Below are positions 23,201-38,200 of a DNA stretch of 64,000 nucleotides, piece by piece. The notes under the pieces were generated by a model that saw only the letters and a list, made by a program, of their open reading frames with translations, was not told the DNA's origin and searched no databases. The stretch covers positions 16,744,848 to 16,808,847 of the forward strand of contig CM120643.1 of assembly GCA_051362555.1 (NCBI GenBank), written 5' to 3'. Each line of letters opens with the position of its first letter. The stretch's first letter is position 1. The DNA is from Lingula anatina (lineage: Eukaryota > Animalia > Brachiopoda). Made by a program: the position numbers and the translations under genes.

Positions 23201-26200
23201 GGTGGGGAGGGAGGGGTGGGTGTGGTTTACCAGAGAGGCTGAACCCTGGGGTGGGGAGGGAGGGGTGGGTGTGGTTTACCAGAGAGGCTGAACCCTGGGG
23301 TGGGGGGGGAGGGGTGGGTGTGGTTTACCAGAGAGGCTGAACCCTGGGGTGGGGAGGGAGGGGTGGGTGTGGTTTACCAGAGAGGCTGAACCCTGGGGTG
23401 GGGAAGGAGGGGTGGTTGTGGTTTACCAGAGAGGCTGAACCCAAGAATAATAATTAAGGGAGGAAGGGAGGGGTCATGGTTGGATCCAGAGCTATTTTTT
23501 GACAGTCTTCCAAATGATCTTTGTTGATCCATCCTCCATTTTTGACCGTCTTCCAACAGAAAAAATTAGATAATCGTAAACTTGAAAATCTGACCATCTT
23601 CTGGAAGACCCAGAAGACTGCCTCAATCGGCCAGTAGGGGTGGAACTTGTAATCATAGGTCAGAGTGGGGCTCAGTACAAAAAAATTTAGAAGATCTCAA
23701 CATGTTTAATTTCAATACTGTATTTTGTAATGAAAAAATAAAATATATATAAATATTGTTTACAAACTCACTTTAATATAGTTTGCTTTTATTAGACCAA
23801 AAAAGTCTGAAAATGATAAAAATGTCTAAAAGGTCAACCTAGATCTATATCAATTCTACATTATTTACAAAGGGGCAATGCAGAGGACCTAGCTCAAAGT
23901 GGTGTGTCCCCCCTGGCATGAAAGTGTTCATTGGCCGATTAAAAAGCTTAGTTGCTCGGTATTACGAGGTCACATTCAACAGGGAAAGTCAAACATACAC
24001 ATTTGTTACTGAGGGTGCTAAGATGAATAGCGTTTAGGACATTTAATATTGAAACGATATTTTTATTGACCTAAAACTTAAGGATCAAGACTTGTGACCA
24101 GGGAATTTAGAAGAATGGACATGGCTGTTTGAAAAAAAAATTAGTAGAAAGGGATTTTTTATAACACTTCATCTTCAAGCAATGGTGAACTTCTGGTGGA
24201 ATTTGTATTTTGCTGAACAAGTCATCAGGCACACTGGATTGAAATTATGAAGATGCAAGATTATTTTACTACAAATTGAAAATATTAATTGAATGATGAC
24301 AGTGAAATTGTTGAGGAAGAGGGAATGTATCTGAACCTTGATGACTCTCACTAATAAGGACACACACAATAGGGCCTGCACGAGTACATGCAAAGGCAGA
24401 TAAATGCAGTTTTATTGAATAAATGGTAATATGTCTCAACATAGAACTAGTCTACGTGACATTGTACGACTGTCCCCAAGAGGTGGTGGGTCAGTCCACA
24501 CTGGGGTCAGTGGAACAGTCAGTAAATGGAATATTAATGGCAGAAGGACAACATCTTTGACCAATACTGTCCAGAAGATTATAAACAAAAAGAGGGAGGA
24601 AGAAAGGTGATATTTTATCAATTATTGTAAAATTTCAGCAGCTCTGTTTCAAATTATTTGCTATAAAAACTTAACTTTTTTTTTATAATTTCCATCAGCA
24701 GATGGTAAGGACCAAATGTTTGATGGAGGACTATTACACATTGCATTCTGAAACCTTTATGGAAAATTTTTGCTTCACAAGTGCAAATGTCCCTATTTTC
24801 AGTTATTGAATGATCCGAAAAAAAAAAAAAAAAAAAAAGGCATGTTACATTTGTGTTAATAAAATTTGGGTGTTTTGACTGACTGTTTTAATTGAACTTA
24901 ACAGTATGTGAAATTTGATTTAATTTAGAAAAATCATAATCATTGATTGTGATTTTGTTTTCATCTAGCCCTGTCTTAAGGAGGAAAACTATTTGAAAAT
25001 GTGAAGCTGGCAGTGAAAAATAATTATTTTCCAAAATTGCCTCTGCTGTTAACATCTCTCTTTTTGTTTGTTACATGTAAACCAGTGGTATGGAAAGATG
25101 AAGACAAAATTTTGTGGGTTTCAAACAGTTTTAGGATAAAAAAATATGACGAAATTAAAAGAGTAGAATAATGCCAGTAATTAGCATGAAATTTTAAATA
25201 GCATGTGGTTTGTTTTCTTTTGTCACTATCACTGTCACTATCATCATTCTCTACCTGTACAGCATACATTTTCATTTCAGCTTCATATAAAAATCTAGTG
25301 TTCGTTTTATATGCTGTTGCACTGTCAGAAATGTTCATAGCATTTCTGTACACATGGATACATTTTTTATTTATAAATATTTTCGATAACGTGTGTGTGT
25401 GTACTCAATTGAAATGCCACAATAATGATTCAAAATAGTTATTATATTTTAATAATTCTAAATATGTTCATTAGCTACAGATGCATGCCTTTATTAAAAT
25501 GAGAGAGCACATATAAAGTACAAAATTAAGTATTTGTTTAATTTCAGGGAGTTGAATACTTGCAGTGTCAATATACATCAGAACCGCTGTTTAATCAGAT
25601 AATTACTAATTGATTAATTTATGTTTTACAGAGAAAAAGAGAGACAGTTTCTTGCTGCCAAACTAGAGGAACTAAAAGAATTTACAGAAAAATATGAAAA
25701 GGAGAAGAAGGACAGAGAGGTAAGGGTTTCAATTTCATATTAAATTTTTTCATATTGGGTGGATATAAAAATATGTCACATTTTTATTTTATTTTATTTT
25801 CTCTAACTTTATCCTCTACAATTTAATTTTACCAGATATTAATACGCCTTGAAGTTTTTTATGACACAAAAATTCAGACTCAGTTGCTTAATATATAAAA
25901 TCTATGAAGCAGTCGATACAAGAATGACAGTAAAAAAGTGTCAAAAAATGCACAATGAAAATCAATCCTTCAGTAGACCTTTTATAGGTAAAAACACAGG
26001 GTTGTGATACCAAGTCTAAGTTGAGAATACTACAGTATACTATAGTTAGCAACACTGCACAGTGCAGTGTGCTAGTTGTGACGAGCACAATCTCAACTCA
26101 CAACAATGTCAACTACACCATCGCTGTTAAAATAATAAACACCAAAAGAAAACAAAGAAATTCACCTGCAACATTTATTTGTAGCATTTTGCACACTTGA

Positions 26201-29200
26201 ATAAGTTTTGACAAACAAACATGGGTCATGTTTTCCTTTTGGTTCAGATAAACCAAAAATAACAAACTAGGTTTATTCACAAAGTGAGCATAATTGTTCT
26301 CTATTCAAAGGTAAAGTTTTCTATGCATATTATGCCATTTCCATCCAAACTGAACAGAATGTGAACTGAAAAAAAAAAATATCGTAAAGTCTTCTACAAT
26401 TTTTAGGACAACAACAATTGTTTGCTATTGTGCCACATCATAAATATTTACAAACTACGGACGTGTAGTAAAAGACTACTTTTCTCCTGCAACAACAAAT
26501 GCTCATTTTTTCTCTGTGGCCTGAGAGCAACATTTTCGAAGACTGTAAACCAACCACCTGTTTGACAAAAGATAACATCTGCTCCACTATGTGTATGAGG
26601 TGTCAGACCTGACGTAGGTGAGTTAGGCACAATAGTTGTATTAAATTTTGATTTGCTGGTTTCAAGTAGTATGAGTATATATGGAAACCCAAGTAGGTTA
26701 AAAGATTTACAGAGATGAGAAAAGGGTTTAGACGAATTCTTTAATGAAAAATAATCATTTTGAATTAGATAAATTAAACATCCCAGACATTTACTAAAGT
26801 GTGCTCTGAAATTCAAAAAGGATTTAATGAGTTTAAAATTTATAAAGAAAGGAAAAATCATTACTAAGTGAAAAGTCTTACCTGTACATAATCCTACAGT
26901 AAAAATAATTCTTACTTAAATAATATGATTAGCTTTGCATGAAAACAAATTATGCTTACTGTGCTTTAGTGTTATGGTGACGCTAATTGCTCCACATTTA
27001 TATGCAGGTGACTCCATCATTATGGGTGAATCAATGGATTTAGTTCAAGTCAGATTTTTATGAATGTATACAAAGCTGGTCATTATGTAAAATAAGATTG
27101 AACTGGATTAGTACTGTGTTGTTAAGTTACAGGGAGGTGTGTAGCAAGGAAGTGTGTTGTAAATAATGCTGAAAAGGTTACTGTATGCCCTTTGAGGAGA
27201 TTGTTATTGAGAGTTGATTTTGAATTTAATAAGAAAACTGGTTAAGGTTTCAAGAGAAGTGATTATTGAGAGTTGATTCTGAAGTTGATGTGAAAACGGT
27301 GGAAAAGTTTTGTGACACAGAGATGCATGTTTCAAGTTGGCAAAAATGGAACTGAAAAGCCATACAATGGATATTTTAGCTGATTTGTGCTGATTTGGTT
27401 TGTTTTATTTGAACTAATTGAAATGGATAGTGGTGAATTTTATATTCAGGTGAGTGTTTTTTTTTTAAATTGCGATTGACTCCCCATTTTCTCTCTCTCT
27501 CTGAACACGCTCTTCGCCATACAGTATATTGCCCTAAAATACTTAAAGTCAAAGGCTTAATGATCCACTATTTCATCCCAGCAGTTGCTACAGTTATACA
27601 TAAGGTACTGTATATTAAATGCTTGGAGTATTAATATATAACCTAAGACTTAATGGGATTTCAAGAGCTTGATGAGTGTAGCTGATTGAAATTGAATTTT
27701 TGCTGAAATTTTCACTGGAGAACCAATTGTTGAAAGAAAGCTGTGACAGTCAAATAGGGGGTATGCCACCAAACTTATATTCTTTACAAACCAATATTTA
27801 CTCAGACAATATATACTTCTGAGCCCAAAGATCTCCATCTTGATATATCAGTCTGTGCCTTCCGCCTGTTGTGTGCACTCCCGGTTTCCAAAGATCATGT
27901 TTCCATCAACGCAAATATTATAGATTGTCTAGAATTAGCACATTTTACCAGCAATACACCTTGTGTAAATTTACCCAACTTTTAGCTAGTTCTCCATTAG
28001 AAATTCAGCCAACTGAGTGCCATATACAAGTGGAGACAAAAACACTGATTGCTCTTCAAACAAAAAGGATATTTGCGGATTTTGTGAATGTAGTGTAAAT
28101 TGTAAGGACATGGGGAGAACTATGTGACTGTAGTCTAGATGCAGTATTTAAATTTTACTAATAGCTAGGAAAAGATTTACTTTTGAATCTGTAATCAAAC
28201 AAAGAGTACCTGTGCACTTTTACCTTGGAGTCCTGTTTGTTTTGTCCAGAAAGGGGACTGTGACATTTGCTGAAAGGAACTACATCAGTTCTATAAACAC
28301 TTAGAAACAGGTGGATTTCTTGAAGTAAAGCAGCATCTCTGGACTCCGCCTTTGTTCTTTTATTTGTTCCTCAAGCAAGAGTAAATGCACCAAGAACTAC
28401 AGAAAAGTTTTATTAAAAAAAATCTGCAAGTGGTTCCCTATCAAGATACTTGCACTGCAGTAAGGGTTGAACCACATAACATATACAAAATATTTGATGA
28501 TAAAGGAAAATCAGTGGCAGGGCTAAACACTGGAGAGTTTAGTTTATGGTGAGTGCTTGATTTAATTTTAGCTTTTCATTTAACAAAATGTAATCAACTA
28601 AAATGGAATTTATTTATTAAAAAAAGTGATTTACAAAGTTAAAAAAAAAAAGACATTTAAATATGTTTTTTAGCCAAATAAAATAATTTTCAACATTTAA
28701 AGAAATTAGTGTACTTAGTTACTTTGAAACTTCTTACCCATGAGAGCTCCAGTGTATACAGTATAACAGTACTGTAGAAGCGCATGGAGAACATATTGTA
28801 AACAAAAGTCAGAAAAATCAAAATATTGAACATGAACGCTTTTGTGATCTTGATAAGGCACATTAGATACACATTATGGTGTCAATAGAGCACATTTATC
28901 AAGGGAATTAAATTTTCTGTTTGTAATCCTTCTTTAACCTGGATTGGCTAGCATCATAACTTGTGTATTAGTGGGTGGCACTTTACAGATGAATTGACAA
29001 ATGATTGCATTGTTTGAAATACTTGAAGAAAAAAAGGTAGATTGTTTAAATTGCCCATGTATAGGACTTCAGTCTTATCACATGATCTGACATTTGATGG
29101 AACTGAAAAATTTTGATTTAAATTTAGATTTATTGTAAGAATAACCTGGAATCATTAACACATCTGTTGTAATATCCAGTAACAGCCTTTTTATGTACAG

Positions 29201-32200
29201 ACACAGATGTGTCTGTACATATTGCCATCACCTGCGTCTGTCGTCGCCGATGCCGATGCCGATGCCGATGGCAATGCCGTCGCCGTGCACTTTCACTGTA
29301 AACACGATAAGTGGAACACAGTTTTATTTTTTGGTTTTATATTTACAGAGCTGATGAATATTCATAAAACGCAGGTCAAGTTCGAAAATCAGCATGATCG
29401 GGCCATTATTGTAGAAGTTATGCTGTTTTATCACTTTTCAGCATATATGCAACCCTGTAAACACATTTTAAGGAAAACCGTTAGGCCTGTTGTCATGAAA
29501 CTCACAAGAGTAATCAATCTTACTAAAACGCAGATCAAGTTCGAAAATTGGCATGATCGGGCCACTATTTTACTAGTTATGCTGTTTTTTCCTTTTTTTC
29601 AGCATATGTGCAACACTGTAAACACAATATAAGAAAAACCGATAGGCCAATTGCCATTAAACTCACAGGAGTGGTCAATCTTACTAAAATGCAGGTCGAG
29701 TTCGAAAATCAGCATAATCGGGCCATTATTTTAGAAGTTATGATGTTTTTTCACATTTCCTCAGATTCAATTCTTAGGCATGTTAACAGTCTTATTATTT
29801 TACTAATAAGATACATAAAAGTGTTTGTTTGACATTTCCTGCATCTTTACAACATTGTTAGTTGATTATGTAAAAATGATGGTAAACTTAATATCGTGTA
29901 TTGTGTAATAAAGTGTCAAAAATGGAAATAAACTCATATCATTGCAGTTTGTCAGATTCAATCATTCACTATGTTCAGAATCTCAGAATGGAGGAAATTG
30001 GACATTTAACACTATTCTATTGATATTTTTCCCATCTCATCAATTATCTTAGTTGATCATATAAAAATTGCAGTAAACTGTTCATTTTGTTTTATGTTAA
30101 AAAAGTGTTAAAAATGGAAATAAACCCATGTCAGATCAGTGCTGTCTTGTTTCACATTTCCTCAGATTCAATTCTTAGGCATGTTAACAGTCTCATTGTT
30201 TAACTAATAAGACATGTAAAAGTGTTTGGTTGACATTTTCTGCATCTTTACAACATTATTAGTTGATTATGTAAAACTGATGGTAAACTTGTTATCGTGT
30301 ATTGTGTAATAAAGTTTCAAAAATGGAAACAAACTCATATCATTGCTGTTTGTCAGATTCAATCATTCACTATGTTCAGAATCTCAGAATGGAGGAAATT
30401 GGACATTTAACACTGTTGTATTGATATTTTTCCCATCTCATCAATTTTCTTAGTTGATCGTATAAAAATGGCAGTATCCTGTTAATTTTGTTTTATGTTT
30501 AAAAAATTGTTAAAAATGAAAAAAAAAAAACATTTCAGAACAGTGCTGTCTTGTTTACATTTTGGCATTTTCAAGTTGTGACTTTGAAGTTCCATGGGCC
30601 TGAAGACCTTTGCTAGTCACATTTTCTGAATATCCATGATGCTAATATTTTATTATTAAAAATTGATGGTCATTATGCTGTTAAACATTATGTAATATTG
30701 CATCAAAATTTGAAAAAAATCTATTTTGGACACTGCTCCCATGATGAGCATTTAAGAAAAACCATGTCACTTACTGTTCTCAAACAGTACAGTAAATATG
30801 TACAGATGTGTCTGTACATATTGCCATCACCTGCATCTATCGTCGCCGTCACTGTCACTGGTGCCGTGCACTTTCATTGTAAACACGATAAGTGGAAGTC
30901 AATTTTACTTTTTGGCTGTATATTTACAGAGCTGATGAATATTCATAAAATGCAGGTCAAATTCGAAAATCAGCATGATCGAGCCATTATTGTAGAAGTT
31001 ATGCTGTTTTTTCACTTTTCAGCATATATGCAACACTGTAAACACATTTCAAGGAAAACCGATAGGCCTGTTGTCATGAAACTCACAGGAGTAATCGATC
31101 TTACTAAAACGCAGATCAAGTTTGAAAATCGGCATGATCGGGCCACTATTTTAGTAGTTATGCTGTTTTTTCATTTTTCAGCATATATGCAACACTGTAA
31201 ACACAATATAAGAAAAACAGATGGGCCAATTGTCATGAAAGTCACAGGAGGGGTCAATTTTACTAAAATGCAGGTTAAGTTCGTAAATCAGCATAATCGT
31301 GCCATTATTTTAGAAGGTGTGCTGTTTTTTCACATTTCCTCAGATTCAGTTCTTAGGCATGTTAACAGTCTCATTATTAAACTAATAAGATACGTAAAAG
31401 TGTTTGTTTGACATTTCCTGCATCTTTACAACATTGTTAGTTGATCATGTAAAAATGATGGTAAACTTTTTATCGTGTATTGTGTAATAAAGTGTCAAAA
31501 ATGGAAATAAACTCATATCATTGCAGTTTGTCAGATTCAATCCACTATGTTCAGAATCTCAGAATGGAGGAAATTGGACATTTAACACTGTTCTATTGAT
31601 ATTTTTCCAATATCATTAATTTTCTTAGTTGATCATATAAAAATGGCAGTAAACTGTTCATTTTGTTTTATGTTAAAAAAGTGTTAAAAATGGAAATAAA
31701 CCCATTTCAGAACAGTGCTGTCTTGTTAAAATTTGATGTTGAATTTGCAGTTTAACATTATGTACTTTTGCATCAGAATTGGCAGTAGCCTATTTTGTGC
31801 ATAGTTATTTCCTGCTTTTTGTCTGTACATTTGACAGCTTTGCTGCCTTGTTAAAAATTAATTTCATCACTGTATCAGTGAATGACAATGGTTTATAATG
31901 TCATTGTAGTTCAGCGAAAGAGACGAGGACAGTGAATGAAAATATTTTTTTCATTTTTGTCAATGTAAGTGACTATCATTTATCGTATAGTGTGCTTTTG
32001 TAATTAAAAAAGATCAGATTCTGTAATGTATTTTGTAAAAAGAAATAATTACGTAGCCTAATGGATTGGTACACACAGTTTTAAAAGTTAGCAAACATCA
32101 GCTCTGAAAACCAGCTTTTTATATCATACACCTTGCATTAAAAATCAAAACATGCAGTCTCCTAAATTCTTTAAGAAAATTGCTCAATGGCACAATCCCA

Positions 32201-35200
32201 CACACAAGTGTCTGCGTCATTAATATAGTCTGTGGTGGATGGACTAACAGTAATCTTATTGACAAAGTCATGGCATTCCTTCAGGGTTTGCTGGGTTCTT
32301 ATTGTACTCACAAACACTACCAGAAAGAGTGGCCAGAAATTTGATGAGTTACATTTGTAAATGGATCAAACCCCGAGCCATGCAGTTGTTAGGCTCTGTC
32401 CTATTAACTTGATTTTTTTTAAACTTGGCTATGATTATATTTGTGTCTAAAGAAAACCATTGCTTGATTAATTTCATCTATCTAACTCATCACTTACTTT
32501 GAGGAATATATTTTTCAATTTTTTTTAAACTATTGTTAGATTGAATAATTTTTGAAAATGATAAAAAGTATGTAAGTTTATAAAGTAACATTTACCTATT
32601 ATTGGCTATGCTACAGAAATTATTGGAATGTCAAATAATTGAATAAAATAAATAAAAGAAAAATCTTTTAACTTTCCCTTAATTGCCAGACTATAAGCTA
32701 CAGTAACCAAAAGAAAAAAAAAACTTAAGAATGGCCCCCAAAGTTCTGCAGCATGCCACTTGCCGGACATCTGAGTTTGTGACACAGATTACCACCATGG
32801 TGATAATGTTGGTTTATCTCCTGGCCAGCCAACAGACTGGTGATATCATTGCAAGCTCTGTGTATATTAAATTCAGATTGACATTATCTTGTCATTCTGT
32901 GGGACTTCTTGTCATTCCATGTCAAAGACTTGTCCATTATGTAACGGTTCATGTTTTGACCCATGTGTGTCTATGATAATCAATGACAGATCAAGAGATG
33001 GGCGCAGTGACTCACTGCCCCCCCCCCTCCCCAACTTTGGAAGCACCCCCTTCTTACTTGGAAGAAATAAGTATTCAGACAACAGTTAGCAATAGTGTAT
33101 GGTATTTTTTTCTGTGGTGCATACTCAAAATAATAAGTGAAGGAGAGAAAGACATAAGTAATTGTCTTTGTACCCCATAAGCTAAAAATGATAAAAATCA
33201 AGAAATAGAAAATTTTATAAGATATGGTGGGGAAGTTATCAAGAGGATGTATGAGGTTTATCTTGTAATAGACAGTGAAGAGTAATGAACAGCAGCAAAC
33301 TTATGTGAATATCTGACCTACAATTTTTTTATATTGATGTTGCTATCTTTTGGCATATATATTTTTTTCCTGCCCTGTACTCTCGTTCTTTTATATGCCA
33401 TTATTATTTACCTATTATTTTTTCCTTATATCTCATTTATTTCTTCATGTTGTCTCTTTTTTATTTTTGGATAACTTCTTTTCTCTCTGTATTTTCCCCA
33501 CCATAGGAAGAAATAGATATTTAGATTAAAGAGAGGACAAAACAAAACTGAATTAGCAGTTGTCCTTTTGTTTGAATTAAAACCAGTAAGATAGTCATGG
33601 TGAAAAAATCAAGTTAAATGCATGTAAGCGTAAAACAAACAAACAAAGAAACAAACAAAAAATCAAGACATAACAAGTCTTTTAAAATGATGGAGAGAAA
33701 AAAGGATGAAAATTCGACACATCACACCAGTACCTGTTCCAAATCCTAACCTTTAGGCCACTCCACTGGATAACCAACACTTCTCTTTGCTCTTTGAGTC
33801 AGTGAGCTACTGCGTTGATTTAATCAATACAGATAACATGCAGCAACACTCCAGATTATGCTGCAGTAATAACAAGATTACTGGAATGACTTGACGAGCA
33901 AACTTGCAGGCAAACTTATAACTTAGCATCACTTAGTGCTTACTTTAAATGTCTAACCAACAGAAGCACAGGGCTGTTGATGGATTTTTTATGTGGTTTA
34001 TTTTACTCCTGGATTGTGTTCTGGTGAAGTTACATTGAACAACATTTGGTAACAATGGCACAAGCTGAATATTTAAACTATAAAAAGGTATGTTTAAGAG
34101 AGAGAGAGAGAGAGAGAAAGAGAGATAATGCATGAGATGTTACGGAAAAAAATTACACCTGATACATGAATATGTGATTTAAATGTGTGTATGTGGGTTT
34201 CTGCATGTACATTTATGTAATACATGTATAATCAAATTACTTATGAAGCCACTTTTTATATGCAAGCACTGCCAGATAATTCTCATGAATTAAAAAAAAG
34301 CAGGTTCAGTAAAAATTCTTCTAGCAATAATATTTTACTTAAAAGGTTTAGGTTCATGGTTACCTTTATATGTTACCTCCTAGGTTTTTATGATCATTTT
34401 TCTTTTACAGTAATTGGTTGCAGACATGCCATGAAATATTTTTTTTAAATCTCTTACCATAAAATCAGTGTAACAAAGTAAACATGAGACTGAATATATA
34501 TTGGATCTTATTGTGACTTGGGTGGTATCCATCTTATACATGAAGGTACTGTCGACTGCATTTTGTATTAAAAAAAAAAAAAAGCCCTACTTTTCCTTGT
34601 GGGAAAGGTGATTTTCTAATGTAACGGAATGTGATATCTGATGGAATCACATGTACTACTGTGTGTTTAATGAAAACTCACTTCAATGGCTTTGAAGGAG
34701 CAAAAGTGCCTTCTGCATTGTATCTGAATTAAAATTAGGTAACTTCAAACACCAGAAATCCTGTGGTATTCTTTGAATGGTTTAATATTATTCTTGTTTA
34801 ACAGTGAGCTTATCTTATGCAAAACTGTTCAAAATTAATATTAATGTAAAGGAAGGATATTTCTAGGGCCAGTGCTTGCTTTTTGTTTTTAATTTAATTC
34901 TATTTAATATTGTCACATTTTTAGAAATAATAAAAAAAATAAATCCTTATAAGTTTAGAATGCTGTATTAACACTCCCAAAATCAGTGCATAACTGTAAC
35001 ATCTTATTATATTGTGTAAAAGATTAGCCTATATTTCAACATTTTGTATATTGTCATATTGCATATTTCATAATTATTATATTTTTGTGTCATATGCACC
35101 TCCTATAACATACATATTATCATATCATATCACATGCATGTATTAACATTAATACGGAAGAATAGATTTCGTATCCAATAAGATTATTTTGTTTCTACAA

Positions 35201-38200
35201 AATGTACAGTATAATAGCATTATTCAATATGATAACTTTATATAATGCAATAACATTTATCAAATAGTAGAACATCTCACAGTATTTATTGTAATTGTTC
35301 CATTCTTTCCAGGCCTTGGAAACTCGACACAGTAACCTGCAAGTGAAATACGAGGCTGCATGTCTGGAGCTGCAGAAGACACAAGGACTATTGGAGAAAT
35401 TACGAACAGAAAACAAGAAGAAAGCAGAACACATTGAGGGTTTACAGAAAGAAGTCACTTTTATGGCTGATAGGGTTAAGGTTCTGGACCAAAAAGGTGT
35501 GAGCAAAGAATGAAAATATTTTTTCACTGGGTAAAGAACTGTCATGTTACTCTGGGTACTGAAGATGTGTTGTATTTCTTGTTGTTTAAATTAAGAAAAG
35601 AAAATAAAGATTCAAATGATTTAAACTAAATGGTATTATATAATATTTTTAATGATGGTGAGATGCTTCAGATACATAATCATTAAATGAGTTGAATTCA
35701 AAGAGAAACAATTCTTTTAATGATCTTTCAACACGTTAATGTCTCTAACACTACAATATCTTTGTTTTGTCTGTTGTTTTCAAACAAAAAACTTCATGTA
35801 TGCCACTTAATCATAACCCATTTTTATTTACAGCTTTGGATTTGGAAAGAGCTGAAATCACAGTAGAACAATTGAAAAGAACACTGGAATCCTACCAGTA
35901 AGAATTTTTTATATTAAATTTTGATATCACATCTTTGTGAACTAAAGTTCCTCAAGCTAAAGGTCTTCATAATAAATAATTATAGTGTCGAGGGTGAACA
36001 TTATATTCATTGTTTTTATTCTGAAAATCTGTCAGTAAAGTTTGTATTCAACAAATCTTAATGGAAATTTCACCTGATTCAAGAAATCAATACTTCCAGA
36101 AAATATAGGATCTGGAGGAAATATTGATTGCATTACAGCACACAGCTTGAACCTGCTGAGCTGCTTAATCTCATGAGATTTCATGTACTCAAAATCTTGT
36201 TTTATTTGCATTGTTTTCATTACTCCCTTATAATGCATTTGATAATGGCTTATTCTCTTAAATCTGAGAATAAAACCACTCTGCTGTATGAAGTATGTGG
36301 AGGATTTTTACTCTACAAGGTGTTATTCTTTGCAAAATATTGCAATAATACTATGCAGTGCTTTTTCCGTCAATGCCCTTCTCCACACTGAAGATCAACT
36401 TATAAAAAATACCACTACTGATGCATGTTTCTCAGAATCTTGATTGAATTCATTCAATGGGCTAAGCACACTGAAACTGAATAGAAGTAGGAACGGTTGG
36501 TTTTTCTAGTAGAAGGTCTTTTATCAAACTCATATAGGAAAAAGAACTAAAGAAACTCTGTAGGGAGTACGATGATGTTGAATATTCCTCATTGATTAGA
36601 TCTAGTGACAAGACCAAAAATCACTCCAGTCTGAGAGTACAAAGGAATTCAAACATGTTCCTTTTATTTCCTGCACCTTAATTGGTTCTAAAAATAATAT
36701 TTTCATTTCTGTGATTAACAAAAGTTATTGGCTTTCTGCAAAGAATGAAGGCATCAAGTGCAGCTTAGATTTACTTTTAGATTTTCAAATTTTAATCAAT
36801 ACTTTTTAGAATTTAATACAGTTAATGTTACAAAAAGGAGTAACAATAAAATATTATAGATCTAAGGTTATTTTGAAATACAAAAATAGTCTCCAAGTCT
36901 TATAAATTAAATAATATTTTATTATTTCAGTAACTACAAAAAATGTGTTGTATTTATTCCCACTGAGCCATGGCAGAATTGAACATTTATAAATTTTTAA
37001 TCCTATTAGAAGGAGTTAAAATATTACTTGATTTTTTTTCTTGCAGAAAGCAAAACCGAGACAAAGAGTCAGAGCTAAAGGAAACCCGCCAGTGTCTGGA
37101 AGATACAGGGAAAAAACTGTCCGTAAGTTATTCATCTAATAACAAAAAACATTTAATATATGAAGAATTTCTGTACAAGCCAGAACAAGGCAAGACAAAA
37201 TTTTAATGGTTATGCAACCGTTTGTCAACTTTTAGGCTCTCTTATTTATTTAATAATTTGAATGATTTTTTTAATAATTATATTTAACTTCATGCAGTCA
37301 CTTCTAACACAATGTCCTCATACAAAATATTTTCCCAAAATTGTAAGATTTCACAGGAAACTGAAAATTATTCCTGGCCATAAAAAGCTACAAGGCAGAA
37401 TATGAATATCAGCCTTCTGCTATGAGAAAAAAAAAATGTTGTACTCGTACAAGGGATTGGGATAAAGAAAAAAAGAGTGGGCATAAGACAGTATTAAAAA
37501 AATGATATCTATTGAACAGGTTGCACATACTCAGATAGAAGATTTGGAAGAGAAGGCATCAGACCTGAAACAACAGGTGAGGGAGGAACTGAGGAGAAAT
37601 GAAAAACTGGAGCAGGTGAGTAACTGCATGTTTAACTTAAGGCATCATATGCTTAGAGTTGTCAGATGCCACAGACTTTTTAAAATTGCATTGGTTGTGT
37701 ACAATATGTCATGCTTTTTAACAAAAGATTAAAACAATACATGAAAATACATGAACATAATGAGTTTAACTGTATCTAACACTTTAATGGTATAATCAAT
37801 CTCACATAGGATGGCAGTGTGTTTACTGTCTACATTTTTGTTTGTATGCTAGCAGTTGATAAATATTTAAAATGCCCTTTAGGATGTTTCATTCATATTA
37901 GCTTCCTCATGACTGTCTTTTATCTTAATGGTTCATTATAAGCCTAACTGAATGTAATATTATTACTTTTACAAATACTGTACAGCAATTCCCAAGATTA
38001 CCTTAAAGTTTACGTCTGTTCAGAATGCACATAATCTTATATTTATTTTTATCAAGCAAATTTTGTACAATTACACTAAGCCCAATTTCAATTAATATGC
38101 ACCTAATGTTCAACGAATGATGACTAAAAATACAAATTTGAATTGAACATGTTTTTATTTCTAAAAAACTTATCTGTATATTTCAGGATATAGAGGGCAT

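Noticed and set aside
26448-26861. 137-aa minus-strand ORF in the large intron
   Set aside because: Composition is typical of AT-rich non-coding DNA, with no motif and no convincing splice context.
29207-31411. 141-, 74- and 237-aa ORFs with internal repeats
   Set aside because: They arise from the 159-bp core repeats of the HINE and show no Rep/helicase or transposase motifs.
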